Source: Heterodontus francisci (Eukaryota). Taken from it: a stretch of DNA of 64,000 nt. The stretch is taken from assembly GCF_036365525.1 (NCBI RefSeq), contig NC_090408.1, positions 30,310,269 through 30,374,268 of the forward strand. The letters are read 5' to 3'. Each line of letters opens with the position of its first letter. Within the stretch, counting starts at the first letter, position 1. This document shows, piece after piece, positions 12,236 through 24,895 of the stretch. The position numbers and the translations under genes were made by a program. The notes below the pieces were generated by a model that was not told the origin of the DNA, did no database searches, and saw only the letters and a program-made list of their open reading frames with translations.

Positions 12236-12700
12236 AGATCAGCCTTCTAAATTCATGAGCAAAGCAATAACAGAAACATCCAGTCTCCAAGAGTCAGGCC
12301 TTTTGACCAGTACCAGGACAAGGGTAGCTCTGCCAGTGGCTAACAATGCTGACTACAGTTTTCCCACTTTTACTTTGACTGTTTCCTCCAAACAACAGCA
12401 GGGGATAACTTCCAAACCTTTCAACCAGCAGTGCACCAATGCATCAAGCAGAACGACAGAAGTCTTATTTGCAAGAGCAAATTCCTTCATTAGTTTCCCC
12501 ATGGAAACCAAGTAGCAACACAAGAGAATCTGCACTTTTACTATGTGGTAGGTTTCCCCAAAGTGCAAAGAATTGTACACATGTAGCTACATGGCTGCAG
12601 TCCTCAATCCCCCCCACCCCCTCACCTTTCATGAAAGAGCTACTGCTCATTAATGTTCATCCATCTATGGCCAAGGGGCCAGAAGCAATACACATCAATG
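12236..12700 (-). promoter_or_regulatory. Putative 5'UTR/promoter of the micro-exon, with RFX X-box-like sites and a uORF
   Basis: GTTTCCCCATGGAAAC and adjacent GTAGCAAC at ~12493-12519. uORF ATG AAT TTA GAA GGC TGA at 12256-12239. No recognisable repeats. Confidence 0.35.
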
Positions 12701-13399
12701 TCTGCTATCCTGCTCGCAATCATGATTTCTTTATTTTATGCTAATTGATTCTGCAATCATTATATGAAGGGCACTGATCCACAGACTGAGGGCATGCATA
12801 CAACATCTCACTTTCAGACAGGATGAATCTAAGACGAGACCTTATTGATGACCACTTCATATAATGCCAAGGGGAGGGAATAAATAAACGAAAGTAGAGC
12901 ATCAGTACAAACTGTAAACAACTCATCTGATCTCAACAATTGATCTTCCACCAAGCTTCTATTGTGACCTCTAGAGCTTTTGGCAGAGAATTGTGAACTC
13001 ACAGAGCACTTCAGAAGTCACTTTGCTTCATTCACAAAGGAGTTGTGATATGTTATAATTTTCATGTCAAAGTACCACTGTTGCCCTCAAAGACCTGTCT
13101 TTATTGGTATGCACCAGCTTGAGTTGAACCAAATAATTGAACGTCTACAACAATACAGCCTGATTATTTAAAGACACTGTAGCTTTTCAAATGAATGAGG
13201 CTGTTATTGTGAAGTATCCTGTATGTCAAAAAAGCCATTGCAATACTTTTAACCTTCTTTGCACAACAAAAACAACAGTTTATAAAATTATTTAGTTTTT
13301 GAAGAAAAGTTATGGGGGTTACATTCATGCTTATGACGTAAAGGCCTCTTAGTTTTGCAGTAAACACAGTTAGTTACCCAATGAATCAGCAGTTAAAAG

Positions 13400-13690
13400 C
13401 TCTGAATGTTACAGATTAGGAGGGCCCCTGATTTGATCATCTCGTCTGCACTGAGTTATCAGTTCAAAGTGACAGAAGTAGCAGGGGTTCCATGACAGCC
13501 TTTAAGTCCCTGGAAAATTGAACCAAAGTTTTGCTTCTGGTGATCGTCGTATGACTCTTGCCAGAAAGTCTATCTTCACGGACATTGATGGAAGACAAGA
13601 TCAATCTCCATTGCAATGTCTCCCATATCATAAAACAACCAGCTACGACTCACTGCTTAAGCCCACACATGGAGAAAGGCCACTCGGTAA
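13400..13690 (+). mobile_element. Old SINE-like interspersed repeat
   Basis: Shares GGACATTG..G...A and CACA.ATG.AGAA.GG.CA blocks with 35200-35425. Degenerate B-box-like head. Confidence 0.5.
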
Positions 13691-15074
13691 CAAATATCTT
13701 TAGATGAAATAGCCCCAGATGACAGGAAGAAAGTTAAAGCAATTTCATATTTAGACAATGAAAACATATATTGTAAATATATTAAAAATCCAAATTTGTG
13801 TGCCTTTCCAGGCTGCTGATTCTTATATCTTGTTAGTTTTGTCATATTTATGCCCCAATGGTTCCCAATAAAAATTCTTAGGTTCATGTTTACATAGCCA
13901 GTTTTCATTATAAACATGTCACACTGTGTAATTACACCTCTCAGCCAGTGGTGGGATGGCAGCACTTCATTTTTGCATCTCCCAGCTCCTCGCCCTGTAC
14001 TGCAGAGAAACCCAAATGTTTTAAATAACTCTACTTCTCAAGTTGCTTAAGTTTTTTTGCTATGCATCAATGAATAGCAAATAAAATGAAAATATGATGT
14101 AAATATATGGAACAAATATATGGTTTTGAAATATGGGACTGAATTATATCTGTAGGCCCTGATCCAATTACTTCATGTCCTCTAACCCTGATTTATCTAA
14201 GAACAGCTCTTGGTCTTGGCTCCCTCTGTACCACCCCATGGGAGGAGGACTAGCATCCTATATCGTATCATAGTGTTACTATATTTTATATTATTTGTCA
14301 TTTCATACTGTAAAATATTCCCCAACAGAATACCTTTAATTTTATAGTTTAAACTTGATGCAGTATGGTAGTAATATAACCCAGCATGAGTCACCATATT
14401 CAGGAGATGAGGGAACAAAACTGTTAAAATAACCAATAACATATAGTAATATCCAGCATTGTCTGATGCAGGCTTACTTTGAGCTTAATATAAAAACTGT
14501 TGAAATATTAATGTACCGTTATTGTGCACTCAGACGCTAATAATTCAAATAGTTGTAATCTGTGTATGGCACAAATCAACAATGTTGATGTGACTCAATC
14601 ACATTGTTTAACAGTGCATCATGCATCAGCAGTATTGAAGAGCAGATTGCACATAAGTAATTCTGCATCATCCACAAAAATTATACAACTAATGTATTTG
14701 CCAGTAGTATAGCTTGGCCCACATGCCATTAAGGCTTATACTTGTCAGAAAACTCAATATTGATTATGTTGTCTAGATCTGCCCCTAATTTGTGTTTTAG
14801 GCCACAAACAATAAGCATATAAATTACCACCTCTCAGAATATAAGCCCATGTGAATTTTTAAGGGGTTTAATTTCCCCTACATGGCTATTTTAGTGTACT
14901 AGTTAATTCATTAAATTCTTGTCTGCAATATTTTACTCATTTAAAATAAGTGGGTTAACGACTGCATTAAAAATAGCACAGACAGGAACTTAATGCAAAT
15001 TAATCAGTGTCCTAAAAAGCACATAGAAGAATTGAATCAAAGTACATAATGCTGTCATGGAATTATCAACAGAA

Positions 15075-15386
15075 TGGACTGCAACAACTCACCAAGCTAT
15101 AAAGATGGCACCTCCCAGTTCCATGAACTCTTACCACCAAGAAGGACAAGAGCAGCACGATCATGGAACACCATCACCTCCAAGTTTTCCTTCAAGCCAC
15201 ATCCCATCCTGACTTAGACATATACCTCCTTTTCTTCCTCATTGTTGGGTCATCATTGTGATTTTGCCGTCCAGTATGAGGATCGCAATGATTCAAGAAG
15301 GTCCACAACCACCTTCTGAGTAACCAGGGATGGGCAGTAAATGTAGCCTTGCCAACATCACCCACATTCTGAGAAGAAATAGAAAA
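15075..15386 (+). mobile_element. CR1/L2-group LINE family B, 3' end (old copy)
   Basis: GAAGGACAAGAGCAGCA...TTCAAGAAGG..CACCTTCT..GGGATGGGCAGTAAATG. Homologous to 45122-46822 and 61641-61880. Confidence 0.8.
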
Positions 15387-15981
15387 ATGCATTTGGACAA
15401 AGGACTGCTTCTTTAAGTGTATCATTAGTTATCCAATTCCCATCTGTCAATTGTGTCAATAACTTTGACCATGTGATACTTTAAAAAAGTCAGTCCATAA
15501 CAAAAATCACTACTAACCTCAAGCCCATTCATTAATTTTTGGGGCTTCTAATGACAAACACCTTGGATCTGGTTATGCACCATTTGGTTAATCTCTTGTG
15601 TTATGCCACATATCACTTGTATTGCAGTCATGTCATACCAGAGGTTAAACCTGGTTAAATTCCTTCAAATACAGTCTCCTTGGTTTGAACAATGTTAGTA
15701 GGACAAGCAGGAAACAAAGACACCTTGATCTTCGTTCAGTGAACATTTGGTGGGAGTTTTCTGGATCTCAGAAGTCTGTATCATCAACTTTTCAAGTATC
15801 CCTCATCCTCCATCCATTACTTCTCTGGTTGCAATGATTGTTTGACTCCAACTGGCAGCGTTAGGTCTAATCTAGCCCAGATGATTTGCCTGTGATGAAA
15901 TAAACCAAATAAACGCAATGCATCATTTTAATATCACCCTGCAATGAATGTAGTTTGGATCTGTAATTTATTTTGTTTGCC

Positions 15982-16300
15982 TTTCAGATGAAACATTAAA
16001 CTGAGGGCCCGTCTGCCTTTTCATGTGAATGTAAAAGGTCATATAGCATTATTTCGAAGAAGAGTAAGGGAGTTATCCCAATGTAGTGGCCAATATTTAT
16101 CCCTCAACCAATACACAAAACAGATTACCCGGCCATTTATTATATTGCTGTTTGTGGGAGCTTGCTGTGCATAAATTGACAGTTGCATTTCCTAAATTAC
16201 AACAGTGACTACATTTCAAAATTCTTTACAACCAATGAAATAACATTGAAATGTACTGAGGCTGTGAAAGGTACTATATTAATGCAAGTCTTCCTTTCTT
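15982..16300 (+). mobile_element. Deu-domain SINE (SacSINE1/AmnSINE-like), 5' truncated
   Basis: CTTTCAGATGA..TTAAAC, GGCCAATATTTATCCCTCAACC, TTGCTGTTTGTGGGAGCTTGCTGTGC and an L2-type tail AATGCAAGTCTT. Confidence 0.85.
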
Positions 16301-17227
16301 ACCAGCATTTACATTAAACATACAAAATACATATGCAAAAAATCAAATGAACAGCTACACCACCATATATCCTATTTTTATTCAGTCTGGGGCATTTTTG
16401 TTTAATTAGTGATTTTTTATCATGCCATTTAAAGGACCAGTAGGGAATACTTACTGGGTGAGAGTGAGCTGAAATAACAGCAGTAGGGTTATATAAAAAG
16501 GAAAACTTGGATATCTGAAACAAAAAGTGGTCTTTGTTTTACATCAGTAGAATTAGTCATTAGTCTAGTAGCCTTCAGTGTGTGAATTGTATTATGTATA
16601 TGTGTTAATTCATTTTCTGGATACAGTGACTCCTCTCAGTTAATTTCCCAATGACATAATCACACAGTTTAGGGAAAAACCTCACTAATATTAGCAAATA
16701 TGAACAGAAAAGAGGGTATTTAAATTAGTTGTAATGAATCGTAACTTTTGATTATTGAGATCCCTAATGGTGAGATTTCTTTCTCATCCTCAGTCTCTTA
16801 ATTGGTTGTGCATGTGATTTTTGGAACCACATAGGCTGTTGCCAATGGATGCTGTCATAGTTATATCAGTCACACGACAAAAGGTGAGCAAACAGGCCAG
16901 TGGCTGAGGACAATGTAGGCTGATTCATTGGAGAATTGAAAATGAAAGGAGAAAGGCAGAGCCATTCAATATTTAGAACCAGCAAATTCCATCTAAACTG
17001 TTTGTAGCTGACAGTAATGACTGCCATTAAGAGCTCAGATACAACTTCCACATAATAAGTTGAAGTTCTCTTTAGTCCTGAGCATATGGACATGTAGGGT
17101 TGCCAATTTGATGACCTTTGTAAAATACAGTGGCAATGCCCTTGATATTAGCCCCCCAGGTGGAAGAGGGTTAAAGACTTAAGTATGAAGAATGCATCTC
17201 CAACATTGAGTGTCCTGCTGTTATGTT

Positions 17228-17557
17228 GCAGTGTTAGCACCGCAGCCTCACAGCTCCAGCGACCCGGGTTCAATTCCGGGTACTGCCTGTGTGGAGTTTG
17301 CAAGTTCTCCCTGTGTCTGCGTGAGTTTCCTCCGGGTGCTCCGGTTTCCTCCCACACGCCAAAGACTTGCAGGTTGATAGGTAAATTGGCCATTAGAAAT
17401 TACCCCTAGTATAGGTAGGTGGTAGGGAAATATAGGGACAGGTGGGGATGTGGTAGGAATATGGAATTAGTGTAGGATTAGTATAAATGGGTGGTTGATG
17501 GTCGGCACAGACTCGGTGGGCCGAAGGGCCTGTTACAGTGCTGTATCTCTAAACTAA
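17228..17557 (+). mobile_element. HE1-type tRNA-derived V-SINE
   Basis: B box GGTTCAATTC, V-domain TTTCCTCCGGGTGCTCCGGTTTCCTCCCACA and a CR1-derived tail GGGCCGAAGGGCCTG. Confidence 0.92.
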
Positions 17558-17884
17558 GACCTCCACATCACAGGCCTTGCAGGGTTCTTTGACCATTTTT
17601 GGCTTCGCTGGACCCTCCCCATGAATATTGGGCCCTTGTGTCTGTGGCCTGCATTATTTTACTGGTAATAAGGGAACTGCCTGATCTGTGAATGCCTCTT
17701 ATTTTGCAATGACATCATCCAGCAATAATGAAATTGCTGGTGCGGTGACTGCTAAGATACTTAAAAATGAACAAGTTGAAATAGATAGATAGCTGAGATA
17801 GACATAGACCAAACTCCAATCATCATAATTTACCTCATTTGGCCAGATGGTATTATTTTTGGCATAATAAAAGAGAAGGATTTC

Positions 17885-18224
17885 TCAACACTTCACATAC
17901 AATGAATTATTTTTAAATGCAGTCATTGTTCTTATGTAGGTAAATAGGCCAGCCATTTTGAACAACATAAAATCTGGCAAGCAGCAGTGAAATGATCAGT
18001 TAGTTCATTGTGCGAGGAAAGAATGTTGGATGGAATACTGAGAGCCGCATTGTTGTTTTCAAATAGTACCTTGGGGTCTTTAACAGCCAGACGGGGCATT
18101 CAATTTAACATTTCATCTGCAGGATAGCACCTCTGACAATGCACGTCTCGCTTACCACTGCACTGCCAGATGAAGTGCTCAAGTTCCAGCGTGGAGCTCA
18201 ATCACAGAACGTTCTGACTCAAGG
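17885..18224 (-). mobile_element. Degenerate Deu-domain SINE
   Basis: Reverse-strand remnants TTTAACATTTCATCTG..GATAGCACCTCTGACAATGCA and TTCTGACTCA, matching 48334-48688. Confidence 0.7.
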
Positions 18225-20991
18225 AACACCTTTTAAATCATTGTAAATTCACTAAATATTAAAAAAAAGGCTTGAAGAGTACACCATTTACCATTTACAG
18301 AGGCATTGATAGTCTTCTGATAGTGATCGCCCAAATTTCCAGGCAAACAACAGATATCTATGTCTAATAACTCCATTTGAAATACCACCAGTGAAGCTCC
18401 ACTTGCTGAAGTAGTTCACTGTTGTTCAAGAATGGTTTTCATTTCTCGATGTCTTTCTGGTAGCCTAATCCTAACCACATAGTTCTGTGAGGCATTTGTC
18501 CTTGTAACAATTGTCTCTGGCTGAATTATATTGATGTACCATTGAATGTCCAAGTAAAAATAAAAAACCTTTCCTGCCTTACTCAGTTCTTACTGACTTT
18601 GCATCTTACCATCAATTTTCATTCAGGAGAGTTCTTAAAATAAACTAAAACTACCACCTTATTGGAGATAAATAGATGGTGACGATCAAGTTAATGAGTC
18701 ATACAGCTCAGATTTCTGTATTTCTACTGACCTCATAAAGGTCTTGCAATGTATGCATCATCACTTATTACTCATAAAATGCACTCTGCGTAACTTGCGC
18801 AATCCAGTTTATGAATTTGACTAACGTAGCCACCAGCAGGAAGCAAGAGTGTGGGGCGTAAACAGATAAAATGATGCCATTAAGTACACAAACCCAGTAA
18901 GAATAATACTAGCTTTATGTGAGACGGTGGGAGGTGGTATAAGGCGGGATCAAATTGAAACAAACATACTTCTTATACTCAAACTGTGATGCACAGAGAC
19001 ATCAAAAAAAATTCAAGCGAAATAATATGGTACATTCTCAGGATGCAAACTTTCATCCAGACAGCCCTGGTTGCGAACTCTTCTTTGACATTGATCCTTT
19101 GAACTGGCACGTTTGGGTGATACTTGTCAAAGATTTTTCAAGTTAACACTGACCTCCTGTCAGAGAGAAACATCTCTGGCTATACTTCTGTCCTCCATGG
19201 GGGAAGAGGTTAAAATTGCTCTATTCCTATTTATGCAACATTGTAAAAATGACTAATTATTAATACCAAAGCATTTAGCTAGCTTTATTTCATTAAAGAA
19301 AATCCTCTGCTTTGTGAACAAAATAACTGCCCCACCATCAGTTTTCTTCGAGATGCCATGAAACTTATTGTTTACCTCCAAAGCACAACACCACAAGCAA
19401 GTGCCCAATGAAATTTTCTATAATATAGATCCACAGGGTGCTTTCGTCAGGTAACTGAGGCTACACCCAGTCTAAGGGATCTGCCAGTAATTTTCAAACA
19501 TCTGTGTATGGCATAGGACCAAGGTTTAATAGTTGTTTAGAAAATGATAAAGGCACAAACTGACTGATGACGACCGCAGCATGTTTTAAGGAGCACCTTT
19601 TTTTATGAAGGACACTGTTGCTGACTGCAGTGCTCGGCAGTATTGAATAACAGTAATTAAAGAGCTGCCGGCTAATGAACACGGCTTTCCTGGAGCCACG
19701 ATAATGGATTAACGCGAGGTTTAACCTGATTGTCTTTTAAAACTCCCATGTTAATTCATTAAAGAGATTTTATTCCTCTGCAGGGTTTAAATGTGCAGAA
19801 AGCCAATGGGAAGTATTAATTAAGCCAGTGAAAATTCAGTATAAAAGCTTAGAAATTCCCAACGAAATTATCTGCAAGCAAGCTAAACTACCAAGATCAT
19901 TTAAAACATTTTCTTTATAAAAAAAACATTATCTGCTCTCTAATGCAGGCACCATGCAGTGTGTGATTTCCCATGTAGAATTCCCAACCTTTGGAGTGAC
20001 TGCTGGGAAATATCAAAGACAGACAGGGAAGCTCCTCCCAAAGGGAGAAAGGGTGGAAAAATTAAATTTTAAAAATAGTCAAGTCAGTCACTCTGGTCCA
20101 CTCCAGTACACCTGCTAATTTCCCAGACGTGTTGGAAGGAGATCGATGATCTGTACACCTCCTCTCTATAGGTTATTTAAAGAGTAAATCAGATTTCTAT
20201 TTTTTAAACCGAGAGAAGCAGCAATACAAAATCTTTTTTATTTTTGCTTTTGAAAATACTTCAAATTTTAATTTGTCATATCAGTATGGAAGTATGAAGA
20301 CTGTAATGTTTTAAATTTAATTGCTGTTAAAATATTAATGCATTATTTTTGATCACTAATTATTCATTTCCCAATGATAATATAAACATTGTGTCTTGCC
20401 CCAGGCACAACAGCGTTACTGTAGTTCATTTGTTGTACTGAAGGTAGTCACTGCATAACTTTTCCATGTTCTATAGCTAAAATGATACATATTTCCAATC
20501 ATAATTACAATGCAATTTTGAACAGGCCAGGAGGTATTCAAACTATACCATGCTTGGGTGTGCATTGTAGTAGGGGTATTGAGAATACACTGGTTGATTG
20601 AAGTGTGATGTTGCTGTTCAAAACACAGAGAGGGAAGCTCCTGATCAAGCTGATTTTATTAAAAAGCCAAAATTACGTAATGAGGAAAGCAATTATGGAA
20701 CAGGGAGTTGAAGTTGCACTGTGAAAGCATTAAACTGGAAATGAATAATTGTAGAAATAAGAACAGAAAGGCTGGTTTGAGACCAGGCTATTGGACCCAT
20801 TAGGTCCAGAGTGAATATATAATTATTCTAGTATTTCTTCATAACTTAGTTCCCTGAGGCAGTGATGGAGCTAGTGGAGGCAATAGAGGGTCAGAGAATA
20901 TATGACCACTACCCCATCCCAATCACTTTGAGGTTAGCCAATTTTGTACTTGGTCAAAACTGACTGAAAATAATTGACTCACACAAATATT

Positions 20992-22066
20992 AAATAAAAA
21001 CAAAAAATGCTGGAAATACTCAGCAGGTCTGGCAGCATCTGTGGAGAGAGAAGCAGAGTCAACGTTTCAGGTCAGTGACCTTTCGTCAGAACTGGCAAAG
21101 GTTAGAAATGTAATAGGTTTTAAACAAATAAAGTGGGGGTGGGGCAATGATAACAAAAGGGAAGGTATTGATAGGACAGAGAGTCACAGAGAATAACTGA
21201 CCAGAAGGCCATGAAGCAAAGGCTAAGGGTGTTTTAATGGTGTGGTGAAAGACAAAGCATTAGTGCAGAGAGGGTGTTAAATGACAATAATAAACAGCGC
21301 TGGCCAAAAGCACAAACATGAAAAAAAACAATGGGCAAGCACATGGTAAAAAAATGAATGATGAAACAAACATAAACAAAATAAAAAAAAATAAAAAAAT
21401 AAAAATAAAACTAAAAAGGGGGCAGTCATGCTCTGAAATTATTGAACTCAATGTTCAGTCCAGCAGGCTGTAGTGTGCCTAATCAATAAATGAGATGCTG
21501 TTCCTCGAGCTTAAGTTGATGGTTCACTGGAACACTGCAGCAATTCCAGGACAGGGATGTGGGGCATGACAGCGGGGTGGCGGGGGGGTGGGGGCGGAGG
21601 CAGGTGGTTGTTGAAATGGCAAGTAACAGGAAGCTTGGGGTCATGCTTTCAGACTGAGCGAAGGTGTTCCGCAAAGCGGTCTGTGTTTGGTCTCCCCAAT
21701 GTAGAGGATGCGATTGCATGGGAAGGTGCTGTGGGAAGGGGACGAGGTGTCGGGGGTAATGGAGGAGTGGACCAGGGTGTCGCAGAGGGAACGATCCCTT
21801 CGGAATGCTGACAGGAGAAGGGAGGGGAAGATGCGTTTGGTAGTGGCATCACGCTGGACATGGCGGAAAAGGCAGAGGATGATCCTTTGGATGTGGAGGC
21901 TGGTGGGATGAAAAGTGAGAATGAGGGGAACCCTGTCGTGGTTCTGGGAGGGAGGGGAAGGGTTGAAGAAAGAGGTGCGGGAAATGGGCTGGACATGGTT
22001 GAGGGCCCTGTCAACCACAGTGGGGGGGAATTCTCAGTTGAGGAAACAGGAAGACATATCAGAAGC
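20992..22066 (-). mobile_element. Penelope-like element 3' part (RT thumb/linker, GIY-YIG endonuclease, terminal repeat)
   Basis: Frameshifted peptides RVPLILTFHPTSLHIQRII...AFRRDRSLCDTLVHS...LYIGETK, DRFAEHLRSV, KLEEQHLIY. Terminus carries a hammerhead core. Confidence 0.93.
21057..21094 (-). ncRNA. Minimal type I hammerhead ribozyme motif in the Penelope terminus
   Basis: Minus strand AGTT-CTGACGA-A-AGGTC-ACT-GACCT-GAAAC-GTT-GACT: both core boxes, 5-bp stem II, stem I AGTT/GACT and palindromic AACGTT helix III. Confidence 0.75.
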
Positions 22067-22279
22067 TTAAATGTTAAATTGCCAGTCACAATCATGTTGC
22101 TGTTTGCAGTCTGATGCGAATGACATCGTGACATTGGAGGATGTTGCCATGGATGCACTGTTCCAATTCAGAACTTCACCCTCTGACCCTACCCACCACA
22201 CCCCCAACCCCCTGCTTCCATTCTTCAACCTTAATTCCAACTCTGCCCTTAGGACAGGAATCATCCTGATCGTGCTTCA

Positions 22280-23990
22280 CTGAACCATTTCCAATGCATC
22301 TATTTATTTTTTTCAGATATTGATCACAGCTACAACAGTCCTTGCAAACTGGCCTCACCATTAATCTGCATAATGCTAGTATAACTTGTTCTTTCTTGGA
22401 ATCCAGTACCTTCTAGATTCATCCCAGGATTAATTTACCTTACTGATAACTGCTTCTCACTGACCCAGGGTATAATGATCTGCAAGTGGAGAACCTTTCT
22501 GTAACATACATCTATTGAACTGTTTCTATATGCATTACTCTACCTTTTATCCACATTAAACTCTGCCTACCATACCTCAGTCCATTTACATAAGTAATCT
22601 AAGTATCTGTGAAGACAATCAATCTCTTATCCAGTCATCAACTGCCCGCATAACAATAAAATCAGTGAATTTAATAACACTATACTACAGGCACCCTGTT
22701 TCACTTCATTCAAAAACATAGTGACCAGCAGAAATCTCAGAATAAATCGGGAAATTTGCTAGTTACTCGGCCTAGGCAAAGCATGTTTCACTGAACATTC
22801 ATCTGTATCACTGTTCTCCATGGTCTTCTGTCACTAAGTCAGTTGGCAGTGCAACTAGACAGTCCGTCAACTATTCCATGAGCCTTAACTTTCCCTACTA
22901 ATCTCCCAAAAACTCTTCTTGAATGGCTCTTGCAAAATACGCAGAAACTTTGTCCACTGGACAGCCCTCATCCAATAACTTAATTAGCCTCTTAACGAAT
23001 TCCAGTAAGATTGTAAGACATGATTTTTACTTCGAAAATCACGTTGACTATTGCAGTTGATTCCTCTACCCTTTTCAGTTATTCATTTATGGCATTACAT
23101 AGAATCCCCTCAAACATTTTTTCTCACTATGAATGTCAAGTTAGCTATCTGGTAATAACCAGTTTTGTGTTTTATGCCCTTTTTGATATTGGAAGTATAT
23201 TTGCTATCCTCCAGTCCTCAGGTATTACTCCAGCATTTGTAACACTGTGGAAAAAATATCATCCGAAGCATTACTAATTTCTTCCTTTTAATTCATTGAG
23301 GATTCTATCACATTTAGCCCAGGGCCTTATGCATATTTAATCTTTCCAGATTTTGTATGACACCTTATTTACTATATGGATCACTTAGCCCCATTTATTT
23401 ATTTTATTTTTTTTATTTAGAGATACAGCACTGAAACAGGCCCTTCGGCCCACCGAGTCTGTGCCGACCAACAACCACCCGTTTATACTAACCCTACAGT
23501 AATCCCATATTCCCTACCACCTACCTACACTAGGGGCAATTTACAATGGCCAATTTACCTATCATCTGCAAGTCTTTGGCTGTGGGAGGAAACCGGAGCA
23601 CCCGGCGAAAACCCACGCGGTCACAGGGAGAACTTGCAAACTCCGCACAGGCAGAACCCAGAATTGAACCCGGGTCCCTGGAGCTGTGAGGCTGCGGTGC
23701 TAACCACTGCTTCACTGTGCTTATCACTGGAATTTATTAATAGGCCCCTCTGCTATTCTCTACTTCTCTCTTACTTTTCCTAATACTTTTTTCAACTATC
23801 CTCGGTTGCCTTTTGTATGAATTTTGCTCCTCTCTACTTTTGGTCACACAGTTTGATGATTGCTTAAGGTTTCTTTTCATGTCTTCATTGATCAAAGTTT
23901 TACTCCATTTCTCCTTTGTTTTAAATGGAATGTATTTTCTTTCTGGGTCCTGCATAATAGGCTAAGCACATTCCCTCTGTGTTTTAGAAT
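22280..23990 (-). mobile_element. Ancient, highly degenerate CR1 ORF2 (interrupted by the SINE at 23393-23720)
   Basis: Reverse remnants of conserved RT-coding stretches (TCCATGAGCCTTAACTTT, AAGACATGATTT..CTT, TTTGCTATCCTCCAGTCCTCAGG) and a KSIRKSKREVE linker peptide. Confidence 0.65.
23393..23720 (-). mobile_element. HE1-type V-SINE
   Basis: Reverse complement of the same SINE, with an A-rich tail. Confidence 0.92.
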
Positions 23991-24035
23991 TAATTAACAA
24001 GCAAACCATAATATAAAATAGGGTTTAACTATATA

Positions 24036-24190
24036 TTCTTTTTATTTGTTCATGGCGTGTGGGCATCGCTGGTTAGGCCAGTATTTATTGCCTATCCCGA
24101 ATTGCCGTTGAGAAGGTGATGATGAGCTGCCTTCTTGAACCACTGCAGTCCTTGGGGTGTAGATACAGTGCCGTTATTGAAGGGAGTTCT
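24036..24190 (-). mobile_element. LINE family B 3' tail
   Basis: ATTTATTGCCTATCCC..TTGAGAAGGTG..GAGCTGCCTTCTTGAAC, matching 45122-45275. Confidence 0.85.
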
Positions 24191-24895
24191 GAAAAGATAT
24201 TGTTAGTGCTTGCTTATTTCATGCCATTGCTGATGGGTAGTCTGGATTCTGTTGTTTAGGTGTTAAGATGGAGCTATGCTCAAACTAGCCTGTCCCTTTA
24301 AGGCCACTGCTCAAATATTCTCTGTGTGGAAATGGTCTAAATATGTATATGCTGAGGTCAATGAGAGGGTAATTGCTGAAGTAAGTTTCTGTAGATTGGC
24401 AGCTACTTTTAAATCCCTGGCTCCTGCCCTTAGAGAGAAGTCAGGCTGAATTTTACTAGCCCTCTGACATCAGGGGTTATGGCGGGGCGGCCCAGAATAT
24501 TTTTCCAGGAGAGGCCCGTCATGACCCCCGACACCATGTGTGTCCCGCTCCATTTTACCGGCAGCAGCGGGACCTCGGTGCGGTCCCCCTGCCCCCCACC
24601 GCTCCTCAGTTCCGCATTTTTCACTGAATGGGCGGCTGTTATGTGCTGTCCCATTCATGAATGAGAGAAGCCAGTGGGACTGCAGAAGAGGGAGAAATTG
24701 GTGACAGCGCAGGTAAGTCTCTGTATACTCGGTCTCCACTCTGCAGGCATGAAGGGAGCTGGGGGGGTGTGCGAATGGGATTATTGGGGGCACAGCTCTG
24801 CAGGCATGAAGGGAGGTACTGCGTAACCTCCCTCCGTAAAGGGTGGCTGCTCTGCGCCATTATTTGTTTGTGTGAGTGAGGGATCAATGCTACTC

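Noticed and set aside
12239-12256. uORF peptide MNLEG equals the start of KChIP4a (KCNIP4)
   Set aside because: It stops after five codons and lacks the following hydrophobic segment, so it is treated as coincidence.
17095-17143. TAGGGTTGCCA ... TGGCAATGCCCT, a tiny hAT-like inverted pair
   Set aside because: Too short, imperfect, and no 8-bp TSD.
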